Source of the DNA: Candidatus Bathyarchaeota archaeon | GTDB taxonomy: Archaea > Thermoproteota > Bathyarchaeia > 40CM-2-53-6 > RBG-13-38-9 | Length of the DNA stretch: 64,000 nucleotides | Direction: 5' to 3' | NCBI GenBank assembly: GCA_963807605.1 | Contig: CAWECG010000004.1 | Span: 32,001-96,000, forward strand | Shown here: in pieces, positions 30,487-40,556 of the stretch | Position numbering within the stretch: the stretch's first letter is position 1 | Layout: each line of letters starts with the position of its first letter | Position numbers and translations under genes: made by a program | Notes under the pieces: model-generated | What the model saw: the letters and a program-made list of their open reading frames with translations, nothing else | Databases searched by the model: none | What the model was told of the DNA's origin: nothing

Positions 30487-30762
30487 TTGAGTCCAATTGA
30501 GCCGCTTATCGACGCCGTGGTAGCTGCATGTTTTCTTTTCGGAGCAGTCTTCTACTTGATGGTAGCTTACGGTGAAAGGCGGGGCATGGCATGGAGATTC
30601 CTAGGAACTGCAGGCGCAATCTGGTTCGTAATACTCTTCCTAAAATTGATCAATAATATGGCCGAGTTTCCTTGGGTTTATGGAACGGTCCGAGCCGCGG
30701 TTGCACTGACTCTGGGAGTCTACCTTCTTGGAATAATCATCTTGGCAAGGAGTTTACAGTAG
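30487..30762 (+). CDS. Small membrane protein (3 TM), possible paralog of the preceding gene
   Basis: Three hydrophobic helices; RRGMAWRFLG; SD GAGGGA. Confidence 0.6.
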   Translation: MSPIEPLIDAVVAACFLFGAVFYLMVAYGERRGMAWRFLGTAGAIWFVILFLKLINNMAEFPWVYGTVRAAVALTLGVYLLGIIILARSLQ

Positions 30763-30948
30763 ATCCAGAAGACTGGACTAATCCAACTCATACAGCACAC
30801 CCTTTTAGGTCACGTAAGCTCGCACGCATTAGAGAGCCCTCCCAGAGAACTGGATAGGGTACCTTAGCGCGTGCTCATTCAACATGGAAAACGTTGTACA
30901 AGGTTAAATATGACTTCGATCGGCTAACCAACTTCGAGGCTGTGTTAA

Positions 30949-31159
30949 TTGAGTGAGGGTAAGATTAGTCGTCGCAAGTATCTGAAGTATGGGTTCAACC
31001 CTCTGTTATCTCGCCAAGTATGCGTTGCTCACTGGATTCTCGGATCATTGTCATCAGATCATCTTTGGCATAGCCTTAATAAGTCTCGTACGGTGCTTCC
31101 GTACAGGAATCTTCGGACTCGTGAACAAGCTAGTCAAAAGAGAAAGAAGGTTGGAATAG
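30949..31159 (+). pseudogene. Deletion scar: Tat signal of a solute-binding protein joined out of frame to a LivM-like permease C-terminus
   Basis: MSEGKISRRKYLKY, then alternate frame ..HQIIFGIALISLVRCFRTGIFGLV..*. Confidence 0.7.
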
Positions 31160-31160
31160 T

Positions 31161-31901
31161 ATGCAGCAAGAGTGCATTCTGCACGTGGACAACGTGGTGA
31201 AAAAATTCGGGGGTTTGTATGCCCTCAGGAAAGTATCCTTTGATGTTGAACAGGGAAAGGTAGTTGGCCTAATCGGTCCAAACGGTTCCGGAAAGACTAC
31301 CCTTTTCAACTGCATATCCGGCATGTATGCTCCGGACGACGGCTCAATTCTTTTTCAGGGAGAGAATATAGTCGGGCTCAAACCTCACAAGATTGCGAGA
31401 AAAGGGATTGGCAGGACTTTCCAAATTGCCCGACCTTTCAGCGACATGACCGTAAGGGACAATGTCTACGTCGGGGCCGCATTTGGATGCACGACAAAAC
31501 ATGAGTCAGGGAAAATGAGTGACGTATGTATTGATGTTTTACGGATGACTAATCTTGAATCCAAGGCAAATGAACTTGCAGACTCGTTAACATTCGGCGA
31601 GAAAAGAAGGCTGGAAATAGCGAGAGCCTTAGCTCTCCGTCCTAAGCTACTCTTGCTCGATGAGACCATGGCGGGTCTTACCTCCACTGAAGTGGATCAT
31701 ACCCTCGAAATGATTCAGCGAATTACAAGGGAACTTGGATTAAGCGTCATGGTTGTCGAACATGTTATGCGAGCCATAATGGCCGTGTCGAACAAGGTCG
31801 TGGTCTTAAGCGAGGGAGAAAAGATAGCTGAAGGAACTCCTAAAGAAGTTGCTGAAGATCCTAAAGTACTAACCGCTTATCTAGGTGAAAGAGGCGACTG
31901 A
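31161..31901 (+). CDS. livG: Branched-chain amino acid ABC ATPase
   Basis: KKFGGLYAL, GPNGSGKT, GIGRTFQ, LDE, VEH. Confidence 0.93.
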   Translation: MQQECILHVDNVVKKFGGLYALRKVSFDVEQGKVVGLIGPNGSGKTTLFNCISGMYAPDDGSILFQGENIVGLKPHKIARKGIGRTFQIARPFSDMTVRDNVYVGAAFGCTTKHESGKMSDVCIDVLRMTNLESKANELADSLTFGEKRRLEIARALALRPKLLLLDETMAGLTSTEVDHTLEMIQRITRELGLSVMVVEHVMRAIMAVSNKVVVLSEGEKIAEGTPKEVAEDPKVLTAYLGERGD

Positions 31902-31904
31902 TCG

Positions 31905-32612
31905 ATGGACGTACTGCAAATTGAGAATTTGACAAGTGGCTACGGAGAAATTGAAGTCTTATGGTCAATCTCCATGAATGTTTCGGGCAAAGGTATAACT
32001 GCCCTTTTAGGATCTAATGGAGCCGGCAAGTCCACTCTCATGTACTGTATAACAGGGTTGCAGAAGATATGGTCCGGTGCCCTTCGTCTAGAGGGATCTG
32101 ACATCACCAAAGTCAAAGCTAACAAACGAGTTGACTTGGGCATCTCTTTGGTTCCTGAAGGTAGAAGAATCTTCCCCGATATGACAGTCTTTGAGAATCT
32201 CCAGATGGGCGCCTACACGAAGAAAGGAAGAGAAAAACTGAATGACTCACTTGAGCTGGTATACCAAATATTTCCGGTGTTGAAGGAACGTCTAAGCCAG
32301 AGAGCAGGCACCCTTAGCGGAGGCGAACAGCAAATGCTTGCGATCTCCAGAGCACTAATGGCGAGGCCCAAACTCTTGATGTTGGATGAGCCTTCTACGG
32401 GACTAAGTCCAAGACTAAGCGTCTTGGTCATGGATACTCTAGGTGACTTGAGCGAGGAGTTGCCCATACTGCTGGTAGAGCAGAACGTTAAGAGATCATT
32501 AGAGATCTCAGACACCGCTTACCTTTTAGAGAATGGAAAAATAGTGCTGCAGGGAAAAAGCAAAGAACTCAGCGTCGACGAGAATATTAGGAAGGCTTAC
32601 ATCGGAATTTAG
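31905..32612 (+). CDS. livF: Branched-chain amino acid ABC ATPase
   Basis: GSNGAGKS, VPEGRRIF, LSGGEQQMLAI, VEQN. Confidence 0.93.
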   Translation: MDVLQIENLTSGYGEIEVLWSISMNVSGKGITALLGSNGAGKSTLMYCITGLQKIWSGALRLEGSDITKVKANKRVDLGISLVPEGRRIFPDMTVFENLQMGAYTKKGREKLNDSLELVYQIFPVLKERLSQRAGTLSGGEQQMLAISRALMARPKLLMLDEPSTGLSPRLSVLVMDTLGDLSEELPILLVEQNVKRSLEISDTAYLLENGKIVLQGKSKELSVDENIRKAYIGI

Positions 32613-32665
32613 GGCGCATGACACTCGCGTCTTTCGCGTCGTGCGCCGATTTGCTTTTCTTTTTG
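32613..32665 (+). terminator. Hairpin plus T-tract after livF
   Basis: GGCGCATGAC...GTCGTGCGCC followed by TTTTCTTTTT. Confidence 0.4.
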
Positions 32666-32732
32666 ACGATCAAATCATAATTGTAAATCTTAATAATTAC
32701 GAGGCTGTCGCGAACAAAAAACGGAGAAGGCT

Positions 32733-33257
32733 TTATGCCTTCTCAAAATCCAGTCTTGTTGCTATCTCCGTTTCGGTGTCGTACTTCCGGGTTATGTTGA
32801 GCCCATTCACTTCGATTATAGTAATGTCCATCGTGGCCAGCACGAGGTTTGAACCCGGTGGCACGCCAAAGTCTCCTCCCAACACATAGTCCGGCTTCGG
32901 TTTTCCGCCTTCGACACTCGTTCTGTTGACGAGTCCATGCAGATGGATCTTGCGGGTGCCGTCTTCGCCTAACGTTATAACCCCCTGTCCTCCAAGGAAC
33001 TCAATTGGTCCATCGAGTGTGTACGGTTCACCGTACCCGGATCCAAGTTTCAGTTTCGGGTTGGGGATCAGAAACTTGAAGACTGCCTTCCGTAGGCTGC
33101 CGATGCAGTCTACGATGACTCCGTTCTTGATGTTGTACTGCTCGCAGAGTTTGTTTAACCCTTCCATCAAGTCTGTTCCGGGCAGGAGACGTCCGACAAT
33201 TATCCTACCGATTCTGCCCTCTCCAGATGCAAAACGTAATTCGCTCATAGTATTCAC
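32733..33257 (-). CDS. PPC (DUF296) domain protein
   Basis: RLLPGTDL, CIGSL, HLHG, GG. Confidence 0.85.
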   Translation of the reverse strand: MNTMSELRFASGEGRIGRIIVGRLLPGTDLMEGLNKLCEQYNIKNGVIVDCIGSLRKAVFKFLIPNPKLKLGSGYGEPYTLDGPIEFLGGQGVITLGEDGTRKIHLHGLVNRTSVEGGKPKPDYVLGGDFGVPPGSNLVLATMDITIIEVNGLNITRKYDTETEIATRLDFEKA

Positions 33258-33449
33258 CTTACGCTATAACGATATGACTATGTCATTTAAGACTTCAGTG
33301 CGATTAAGTAATCACATCTAACAGATTCTCTCAACCCTCTTCCTCACTATCCTGTACCCTCAAAAGTACAGAACAAGAAGCGATCGTAGGACTTGGACCA
33401 AAACGAGACTAGAGAACCAAAAAATAGACAGAAACCTTAAACTGAAAAG

Positions 33450-33595
33450 TGGCGCCGCCGGAAGGATTCGAACCTTCGACCAACGGGTTGCCGCGTCCAC
33501 CGAGATGGAACTTAACAGCTTCAGCCCCAACTAAGTTGAGTCCGCTGCTCTACCACTGAGCTATCGCCTACTGTGCGCTCGGCGTAAACGGCGGC
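33450..33595 (-). tRNA. tRNA-Asn(GTT) with three introns (8/9: 33563-33587; 30/31: 33520-33541; 37/38: 33489-33512)
   Basis: GCCGCCG/CGGCGGC acceptor stem, CCA, T arm GAAGG-TTCGAAT-CCTTC; each insert forms a BHB-type motif and removal gives a standard cloverleaf. Confidence 0.9.
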
Positions 33596-33766
33596 ATGGA
33601 TTTTTCGGCGGCACCTCAGCATCAAATTTTGGGTGATCTATTAAAGCTATTTGGTCAGTCGACTATGATGTTTGACGTACAGGGATATTTTGTCGCAGGA
33701 TACGTAAGCTCTCAGAGGAGAAACACTTTATAGTCCATTCAGTTTCTTGGATAATTCTGTTGGATT

Positions 33767-33889
33767 GGGCCCGTAGCTCAGTCTGGTCTAGCACCATAAT
33801 GCGCACAGAAAGAGCGACAGAAAAAGTCGAGGCTCATAAGAGGCTGAGTGACCTGTTGGCCATGGGTTCAAATCCCACCGGGCCCACCA
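33767..33889 (+). tRNA. tRNA-Ile2(CAT) with three introns (D-arm ~33792-33812; 30/31: 33821-33831; 37/38: 33839-33850)
   Basis: GGGCCCG acceptor typical of archaeal Ile; ACAGG/CCTGT anticodon stem after splicing; D-arm intron borders uncertain. Confidence 0.85.
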
Positions 33890-33974
33890 CACTTACGGTT
33901 CAAGTCCTCCTGATTTTTTAGTGGAAACAAAACAGAAGCTTGCGCCTTTTAAAAGGCGTCCTGACAGAGATGGT

Positions 33975-35189
33975 ATGTCGAAGGCGAAGTACCTCTATCT
34001 GCTGGAGGATCCTCCGGTTAAGCGTTGGTACAAGAATGTTGCTCGGGGCTCCGAGATAACTGCTGATGTTTATCTGCGTAGGTTGGGGAGTTTCATTTTT
34101 TCTAGGGGTTTGTCGGCTGGTGAGCTTGTGGATAGGGATGAGGGTGCTGCTGATCTCTTGTTGGATGCTGTTACTGAGTTTGAGGAGCAGGGTTACTCTG
34201 GTGGGTATATTGCGAGTACTGTGAAGGCTGTCAGGTCTTGGATTCGCCATAACAGGGTGAAGCTTCCTGTCTACATCAAGATTGCTGGTTCAGACGATAC
34301 GCCTACGCTTGAGGATGAGCAGACGCCGACGCATGAGGAGTTGTCAAGATTCTTCAGGGCGTGCTGGCTTGATGCTAGGGCTGCTGGTGGATTGATGGCT
34401 TTCTCTGGTGTTAGGCCGCAGGCGATTGGAAACTACAGGGGAATTGACGGGCTAAGGATCGGTGACTTTCTTGAGGTTGAGATAGATAACGCCGACAAGA
34501 AGGTTGAGTTCAAGAGTGTTCCAGCTTTGGTTTGTGTTAGGAAGGTCTTGAGCAAGGCAGGTCACCAGTACCTGACGTTTCTATGTGAGGAGGGCTGCCG
34601 CTACTTGAAGGAGTACTGGGAGTACCGGATGCGGCATGGTGAGGTGTTGACTTCTGAATCGGCAGCAATCAAAGCTAGGAGGGTCTGTAAGAAGCATTTC
34701 ATTCGGGCCACAAATGTTGGCGACAAGATAAGGAATGGGATCAGAGCAGCTAACTTTCCGTGGAGGCCATACATTCTCAGGTGTTACTTCGATACGCAAC
34801 TGATGGTTGCTGAAAGCAACAAACTCGTTATCAGAGACTATCGGCAGTTCTGGATGGGTCACAGAGGCGATATTGAACGCAGATACACCACAAACAAGTG
34901 TCACCTACCTCCACCTGTAATTGAGGATATGAGGAACGCTTACAGGAGATCGCAGAGGTACCTCCAGACAGAACCATCCAGCGAATACGTGAACACCAAG
35001 ATAGAGTTCAGAAGACAGCTGCTGCAGGTGGCAGGCTACGCCGAGTCTGAAGTCGACGGAATCGATTTGGAGAAGCTCAGCGACGAAGAGGTCCACCTCA
35101 AGACTCGAGAGCGGTTCCTCAAGAACAACAACAGCAGCAACATCAAGCAGAGGGTTGTTCCACTGGACGAGGTGGAGAAGTATATTTAG
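33975..35189 (+). CDS. int: Tyrosine recombinase/integrase
   Basis: SGVR (R), K, PYILR, FWMGH, IERRY (Y). Confidence 0.92.
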   Translation: MSKAKYLYLLEDPPVKRWYKNVARGSEITADVYLRRLGSFIFSRGLSAGELVDRDEGAADLLLDAVTEFEEQGYSGGYIASTVKAVRSWIRHNRVKLPVYIKIAGSDDTPTLEDEQTPTHEELSRFFRACWLDARAAGGLMAFSGVRPQAIGNYRGIDGLRIGDFLEVEIDNADKKVEFKSVPALVCVRKVLSKAGHQYLTFLCEEGCRYLKEYWEYRMRHGEVLTSESAAIKARRVCKKHFIRATNVGDKIRNGIRAANFPWRPYILRCYFDTQLMVAESNKLVIRDYRQFWMGHRGDIERRYTTNKCHLPPPVIEDMRNAYRRSQRYLQTEPSSEYVNTKIEFRRQLLQVAGYAESEVDGIDLEKLSDEEVHLKTRERFLKNNNSSNIKQRVVPLDEVEKYI

Positions 35190-35194
35190 TCAAA

Positions 35195-35359
35195 TCAAAC
35201 GGGAATGGCGGAGAGCTTCAACCACAGCCTAGCCTTACTCAGGAAATCAGCAGTGGATAGGTTATCATCCTCCACCATCAACACCTTCTTCAGCGGATGA
35301 TCCTCTGGAAGCTGCAGTGCATACTCTTTCAACTTTCTAATATCTATATTATTGCTCAT
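35195..35359 (-). CDS. Small element-associated protein (LPEDHPLK..L..E.D type)
   Basis: 54 aa; similar to 50582-50812. Confidence 0.55.
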   Translation of the reverse strand: MSNNIDIRKLKEYALQLPEDHPLKKVLMVEDDNLSTADFLSKARLWLKLSAIPV

Positions 35360-35615
35360 AAGAAGTCTGTAAGGGAGAGTATTAAAACGGGTGGGAGCTC
35401 TAAAGAAGCAGTACACCAATTTTGACAGGTTATCAAATCTTTCACAACTACCTGAGACCACATGAAGCCTTGAGGGGTAAAACGCCAGCGGAAGCATGTG
35501 GAATCAAGATGGAGGGAAGGGACAAGTGGCTAGCCCTTCCAATATCAGCAACCTCCTCCCTCGTATGAATAGGTTCACTTTTGGCCAAATTTGGCGAAAG
35601 GTCAGTCCTCTTTCC

Positions 35616-35870
35616 CTATTGCTTCTCTGAAGTCAGTATATGCCATTCTCTTATGGTGGGGTAGACGTTGTAAAAGAAGACGTAAGTGAACCGGGAAATT
35701 AGTTTTGAATTCATGATCGCATTGAGATAGTGAATTGGAAACGTATCATCGATCACAACAGTATTCATGACTGTATCAAGGTTGAAGGTTCCGTGCTCAT
35801 TGACTGCAGCCATTATTACTATGTGATCTTTCGGGTGAATCACGTGGGCCACTATATTTTGTGAGTTCTC
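35616..35870 (-). pseudogene. Fragment resembling the TaqI-C-like specificity domain of a type IIG R-M enzyme
   Basis: QNIVAH..P..HI..MA......LDTV.N...YLNAIMNSKLI. Confidence 0.5.
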
Positions 35871-36467
35871 TGCGTTTCCTATTCGTGACGATGACGACTG
35901 CAACAGCCGCGACCACTCCGAAGACGACCAAATATGGTGTGAGAAGTGTGAGTTTGTTGACGGGTTCCACGACGCCGCCGACCGGTCTTGCAGGCAGTAC
36001 AGTAAGCGTGGCTGGCCCACCGGGGTCAGTAATTGTGCCACTGGCTGATGCGGTGAAGGTTAACGTGATAATGGTTCGCATGGAATCAAGCGATGCTGAT
36101 GGAAACTGAGTCCACGCACCAGACTGAAACTTCCAATACGAGAAGGAACCAGCGGGCAACGGAGCAGGCAACGTGAGGGTTACTGTAACCGTCGCCCCCG
36201 GTGCGAGGCCTGAGATTGTGAAGGAGAATAAACCGTCAGGAAACGTTAACCCCGCTGGCGGAGCGGTTGAGACACTCGACAATGCTGAAGCGGTTAGATT
36301 TGTGAATCCTCCAGCAGTACTCGGACTCATAGTGTACGTCACCGTCCCAGTGCCCGTGGCGCTGGCCACCTGAACCGAAGTAGGCGCAAACGCATACACC
36401 CTACCATCATTTGAGCCTACGTACACGAGACCGCCCGAAACAGCAGGAGAAGAAGCGACAGGGCCAC
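35797..36467 (-). pseudogene. 5'-truncated surface protein: last PQQ-type propeller blade, choice-of-anchor-U-like domain, PVGG anchor
   Basis: SSPAVSGGLVYVGSNDGRVYAF; FPDGLFSFTISGLAPGATVTVTLTLP...DPGG; PVGGVVEPVNKL..TM..RKRR. Confidence 0.75.
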
Positions 36468-36477
36468 CGCGCGCGCG

Positions 36478-37426
36478 CTCCTAACTAATTGGAATTTATC
36501 GCGGTTGGTGATTGTAGCGTGCCTAGGCAACTCCACGATCGCTTCACGTCTTCTTGCTGAGTGCAAATGCAAAGAATGCCAAATAGGCCAATCCTATTGC
36601 TAGGTAGCCGTACGCTTCTGGCCATCGAACAACTGTTCCATGCTTGACGTATACGTCCAGGAGGGCACCCATAGGTATGAATATCGGCCACTGGTTCAAG
36701 ACACTCCTGGTCGTTCTGAAGACAGCCGCGTAGACTATCCCTACAACGAACAGCGTCATGATATTCTCGGGTGTCACCCATCCTGGATAGCCGATGTGAT
36801 AGAGTGAGTACATCGCAGATGCGATCAATATGCCAGGTATGATTCCGAAGGCCCCATCAAACCTCAATTGAAGGAATCCTCGGAAGAAGACGGCTTCAAA
36901 AAATCCACTGACAAGGACAAGCATCAACAATGGCAGGAGTATACTCAGATCCCCCAGCCTTGATACACCTGCGCCGATAAGCGGGGGTATCACGAACACT
37001 ATTGTTGCCACCAGTCCTATCAGGATGCTAAGCTTCCATCTCTGCTTGGTTATTCCAATCTCTCGAAAGGCTTCTCTCCTCAAGAATCTGATGTAACCTA
37101 CCGGGATGAGCACCCCAGCAAAGAATAGGAGACCAACATCGTAGAATATTATGGCATCAATCATTGACCCTCGGGCGAAAGCAAGATAATTGAAAAGCAC
37201 GACGAGAGCCCACGCCCCAATTGCAACCAGCAAACTCTTGTCAGGCGAATATCTGACCGCCAGAACCTGCTTGCATTTCATGCTTCGTTGGTCGATTTGA
37301 GGCTGGTGAAAAGGTTTGCGATAGGATCGATCCTTCGTGAACTCTGAAAAGCGAAGCGTCGTCGATTGTTCATAGGTGGCTCGTCGAGGAGTCACAACGG
37401 TCCAGACTCGCCTTGCAAAAGACGGA
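36478..37426 (+). repeat. ~950-bp direct repeat, copy A (CPBP gene plus flanks)
   Basis: Colinear with 54224-55172 (offset 17746), scattered substitutions. Confidence 0.95.
36544..37281 (-). CDS. CPBP (CAAX/Rce1-like) intramembrane protease, copy A
   Basis: Multi-TM; FEAVFFRG (EExxxR variant), YSLYH. Confidence 0.85.
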   Translation of the reverse strand: MKCKQVLAVRYSPDKSLLVAIGAWALVVLFNYLAFARGSMIDAIIFYDVGLLFFAGVLIPVGYIRFLRREAFREIGITKQRWKLSILIGLVATIVFVIPPLIGAGVSRLGDLSILLPLLMLVLVSGFFEAVFFRGFLQLRFDGAFGIIPGILIASAMYSLYHIGYPGWVTPENIMTLFVVGIVYAAVFRTTRSVLNQWPIFIPMGALLDVYVKHGTVVRWPEAYGYLAIGLAYLAFFAFALSKKT

Positions 37427-37927
37427 AAGGCTCCCAACAGTACCTCCGACATGATCGCCAGAAGAAAGGAAGGCGGAGCCGAAGGTGGACGGGTGAAACG
37501 ATACATCGAGTTCGAATACAAGTGCAGCCACATACCGTCTTCGATATGTCGTTGTCAAGAACCCATGACTCTGCAGATGCCTGGCCAACGCATTGATCAC
37601 GGTCTTACCTCTTGGTAGCCGAAGGATCTCAAAGATTCCAAGGTCACCCGTCATGAGATTCTTTGAGCTGGAAGTTTGAGTTTTCGGGCAAATACGGAGT
37701 AGATTGAGCATGCAAGTTAATAGAATCAGTATAACCTAAGGAAGTGTCAACCGATGGAAATGTCGTGGTTGTTAAATGACTAGATCAAGAAAAACGGTCT
37801 TAAACGAACGTGTGATAGTCAAAGCATTAGCCAGAAAACTGGAGACAAGAAACAGACTCCTCGGAACGCGCGTGCTGGACAAAGACTTTTGAGCTTGAGG
37901 GGTGATCGCTTGATTGGTGTTTGAGGT

Positions 37928-38251
37928 TTGGAGTCTAGGCTTGCCGACTTCTTGAAGTCCGGTAAGGACTGGGAGAGGAAGGCTACGTCGGTTCCGGGAG
38001 TATTCATTTTAAAGATGCCACCGTACAGAGGTGCTCCGACAAGGTTGGCTGTGGAGTTGAATCCGGTTGATGAAGCTGGTAGACCCACAAAGAAGAGAGG
38101 TGTTCTTTTAAGATCCTCCAGGAGTTGGCTGAATACAAGAAGATTATTGATGATGAGCGGCTTACTAATTTGTTGAAGAACATTGGACTCGATAAGCCCG
38201 AAGCCTGCGAAGAAAGAGGAGGAGAAGAAACCGGACATCATTGAGCTTTAA
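37928..38251 (+). CDS. Hypothetical protein with two compensating frameshifts
   Basis: ..VELNPVDEAGRPTKKRG.. continues in shifted frames ELAEYKKII.. and DSISPK..DIIEL*; SD GAGGT. Confidence 0.6.
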
Positions 38252-38300
38252 TAGAGCAAGACTATATGCCCCCTCAGAAGGAGTGCTGAGAAAAATTTTG

Positions 38301-40419
38301 TTGAAGGATCCTCTAATTTGGCCTGGCAGGGTTGAGGTGAGGGCTATACCAGCAGACCATAGCTGAGAAAGCCACCAAAAGAAACACACTCGTGGTCTTG
38401 CCGACAGCTCTAGGCAAGACAGTGATATCAGCGCTGGCCGCTGCCCACTTCCTCTACAACTACAAACAAATGCGAATCCTAGTCATGGCGCCGACGAGGC
38501 CTCTAGTATTACAGCACAAAGAAACCTACATGAGTATTCTGAAGCTCACGGAAGATGATGCGGTTGCGTTGACGGGTAAGATGCCTGCCGCGTATAGGAA
38601 ACAGATCTGGGATGGGAAGGCCCAAATAGTATTTGCGACGCCTCAAGTCGTTAAGAACGACTGGGAGAGTGGAGACCTGTCATTGAAGGACTTCAGCTTC
38701 ATCGTCTTTGATGAATGCCACAGAGCAAGGAAAGAGTATGCGTACACAGATGTCGCGAAGAAGTATATTGAACAAGCATCATGGCCTATCATGCTTGGAA
38801 TGACAGCAAGCCCAGGAGCGGACAAGAAGAAGATAGCCGAGATATGTGAAGCCCTCTTCATCGAGCAGATCGAGTATAGGTCAGAAGAAGACCCAGACGT
38901 TGTTCCATATATCAATCCAGTGGAGGTTGAATGGAAGTATGTTGATCTTCCAAACGAGTATAGAGAACTCAGCCAGATAATTCGATCCATGCTCAATGAC
39001 CGATTGAGCTGGCTCAAGCGGGCTGGTATCATTCAAAGACCGGTGCAATACATAACCAGAAGAGATCTCCTCGAGGCTGGCGAGGAGCTTAGATATCGTT
39101 TGGAAGAGAGCATCGAAGAGGAGAGAGGCCCGATCTACAGTGCTATTGTAACCCAATCCGTCTCCTTGACTTTATTCCATGCACTGGAACTCTTGGAAAC
39201 GCAAGGAATACCTACGCTCACATCCTTCCTAGATAGAATGGAGCAGGAAAGCGATGAGAAAAGAAGCTACAAGACCATCATCAACGATCCACAATACACT
39301 GAACTCAAGACGCTCCTCAACCAGAACATGAAACTGGAGCACCCAAAACTTCCTCTTCTAAAGGACGAGGTTGAGAATCAGCTCAAGCAGCGTCCAAACT
39401 CGAAGGTGCTTGTTTTCACACAGTATAGAGACACAGCATCCCATCTCGTCGATAAGCTCAGAGAGGCAGGCCGGCTGTCCGTTGAGAGATTCGTAGGTCA
39501 AGCCTCAAAGCAGGACGATCCAGGATTAAGTCAAGATGAGCAGGCTGAAATACTGATAAACTTCCGAGATGGAGATACAAATCTGCTTGTTGCAACATGC
39601 ATAGCAGAGGAAGGCTTGGATATCCCAAGCGTCGACTTGGTTGTCTTTTACGAGCCCATTCCAAGCGAGATCAGATATATTCAGAGGAAGGGTAGAACCG
39701 GGAGGAAGACAGCTGGTAAGGCTGTGATCCTAGTTGCTAACGACACATTCGACATAGCCTACCTCTACGCGAGCAGACGTAGAGTCGAGAGGATGAGGAG
39801 GATCACTGCAAGCCTCAACCTAGAACTGAATCCACTGCAGAGGCTTGGACCGAGAGCAAATCCAAACCCGATGACAATTGAAGAGATAAAAGAGATAGAG
39901 AAGTATGCAACAGTCACCCGTCTCGAGCCACAACTTATCAAGCCTGAAGAGGAGAAGGCTAAGCAGTTTCTGAAGGAAATCGATAAGGCATCCAGATACA
40001 TATGGACGAAAGCGATGAGGGCTGGAAGCCGAGGTCTACTGGTGGAAGACCTGATGGAGGAGGCTTTCGAAGAAGGCATAACATCGGCCATAGCAAAGGC
40101 TGCAATAGAGAAACTCGAGGATATAGGTAAGATAGGAAAGATCGGATGGGATAGAGTGGCTACAATCGAAAGCATGCGAGTGCAGAAGAGTGTAGGTACC
40201 GTCGAAAGAGATGCATATGAGATCACGGTTGAAAAGATTTATCCTGGCAAGGCTGTCGTCCTGATAAACGATAAGTGGAGGGCTCGGATAACATCTCAAG
40301 ACTTTGAGGGACCAACCAACATAATCAAGAAGGACGCGAGATTCAAGGCTAGAGGCACCTTATACCATGACGGAGACACATTATGCTTCAGATTAAAAGA
40401 AGTCATACAACTATCCTAG
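38301..40419 (+). CDS. Hef/FANCM(Mph1)-like SF2 helicase without ERCC4 nuclease (frameshift near 38343; start uncertain)
   Basis: PLIWPG..E.R.YQ, LPTALGKT, DECH, TASPG, HPK, EEGLDIP, QRKGRTGR; no ERKxxxD nuclease motif. Confidence 0.88.
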
Positions 40420-40556
40420 ATGAAATTCAGAATTGTCCAATGAGGCTTTCGAAATAACGGAGCGAGGGATTGTTCTTAGCGCAAGGTGATATAGGCGGTA
40501 ACGTCAAGTTCTCGTCACCTAGGCTCGGTCTAAATGGGTTGTCAAAAATCGTCACC

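Noticed and set aside
33767-33889. tRNA-Met call for the CAT anticodon
   Set aside because: GGGCCCG acceptor matches archaeal Ile tRNAs; no initiator A1-U72 or GGG/CCC anticodon stem
37282-37533. Long N-terminal extensions of the CPBP ORFs (also 55028-55195)
   Set aside because: The two copies diverge upstream and the extension is non-membrane; a later ATG is more plausible
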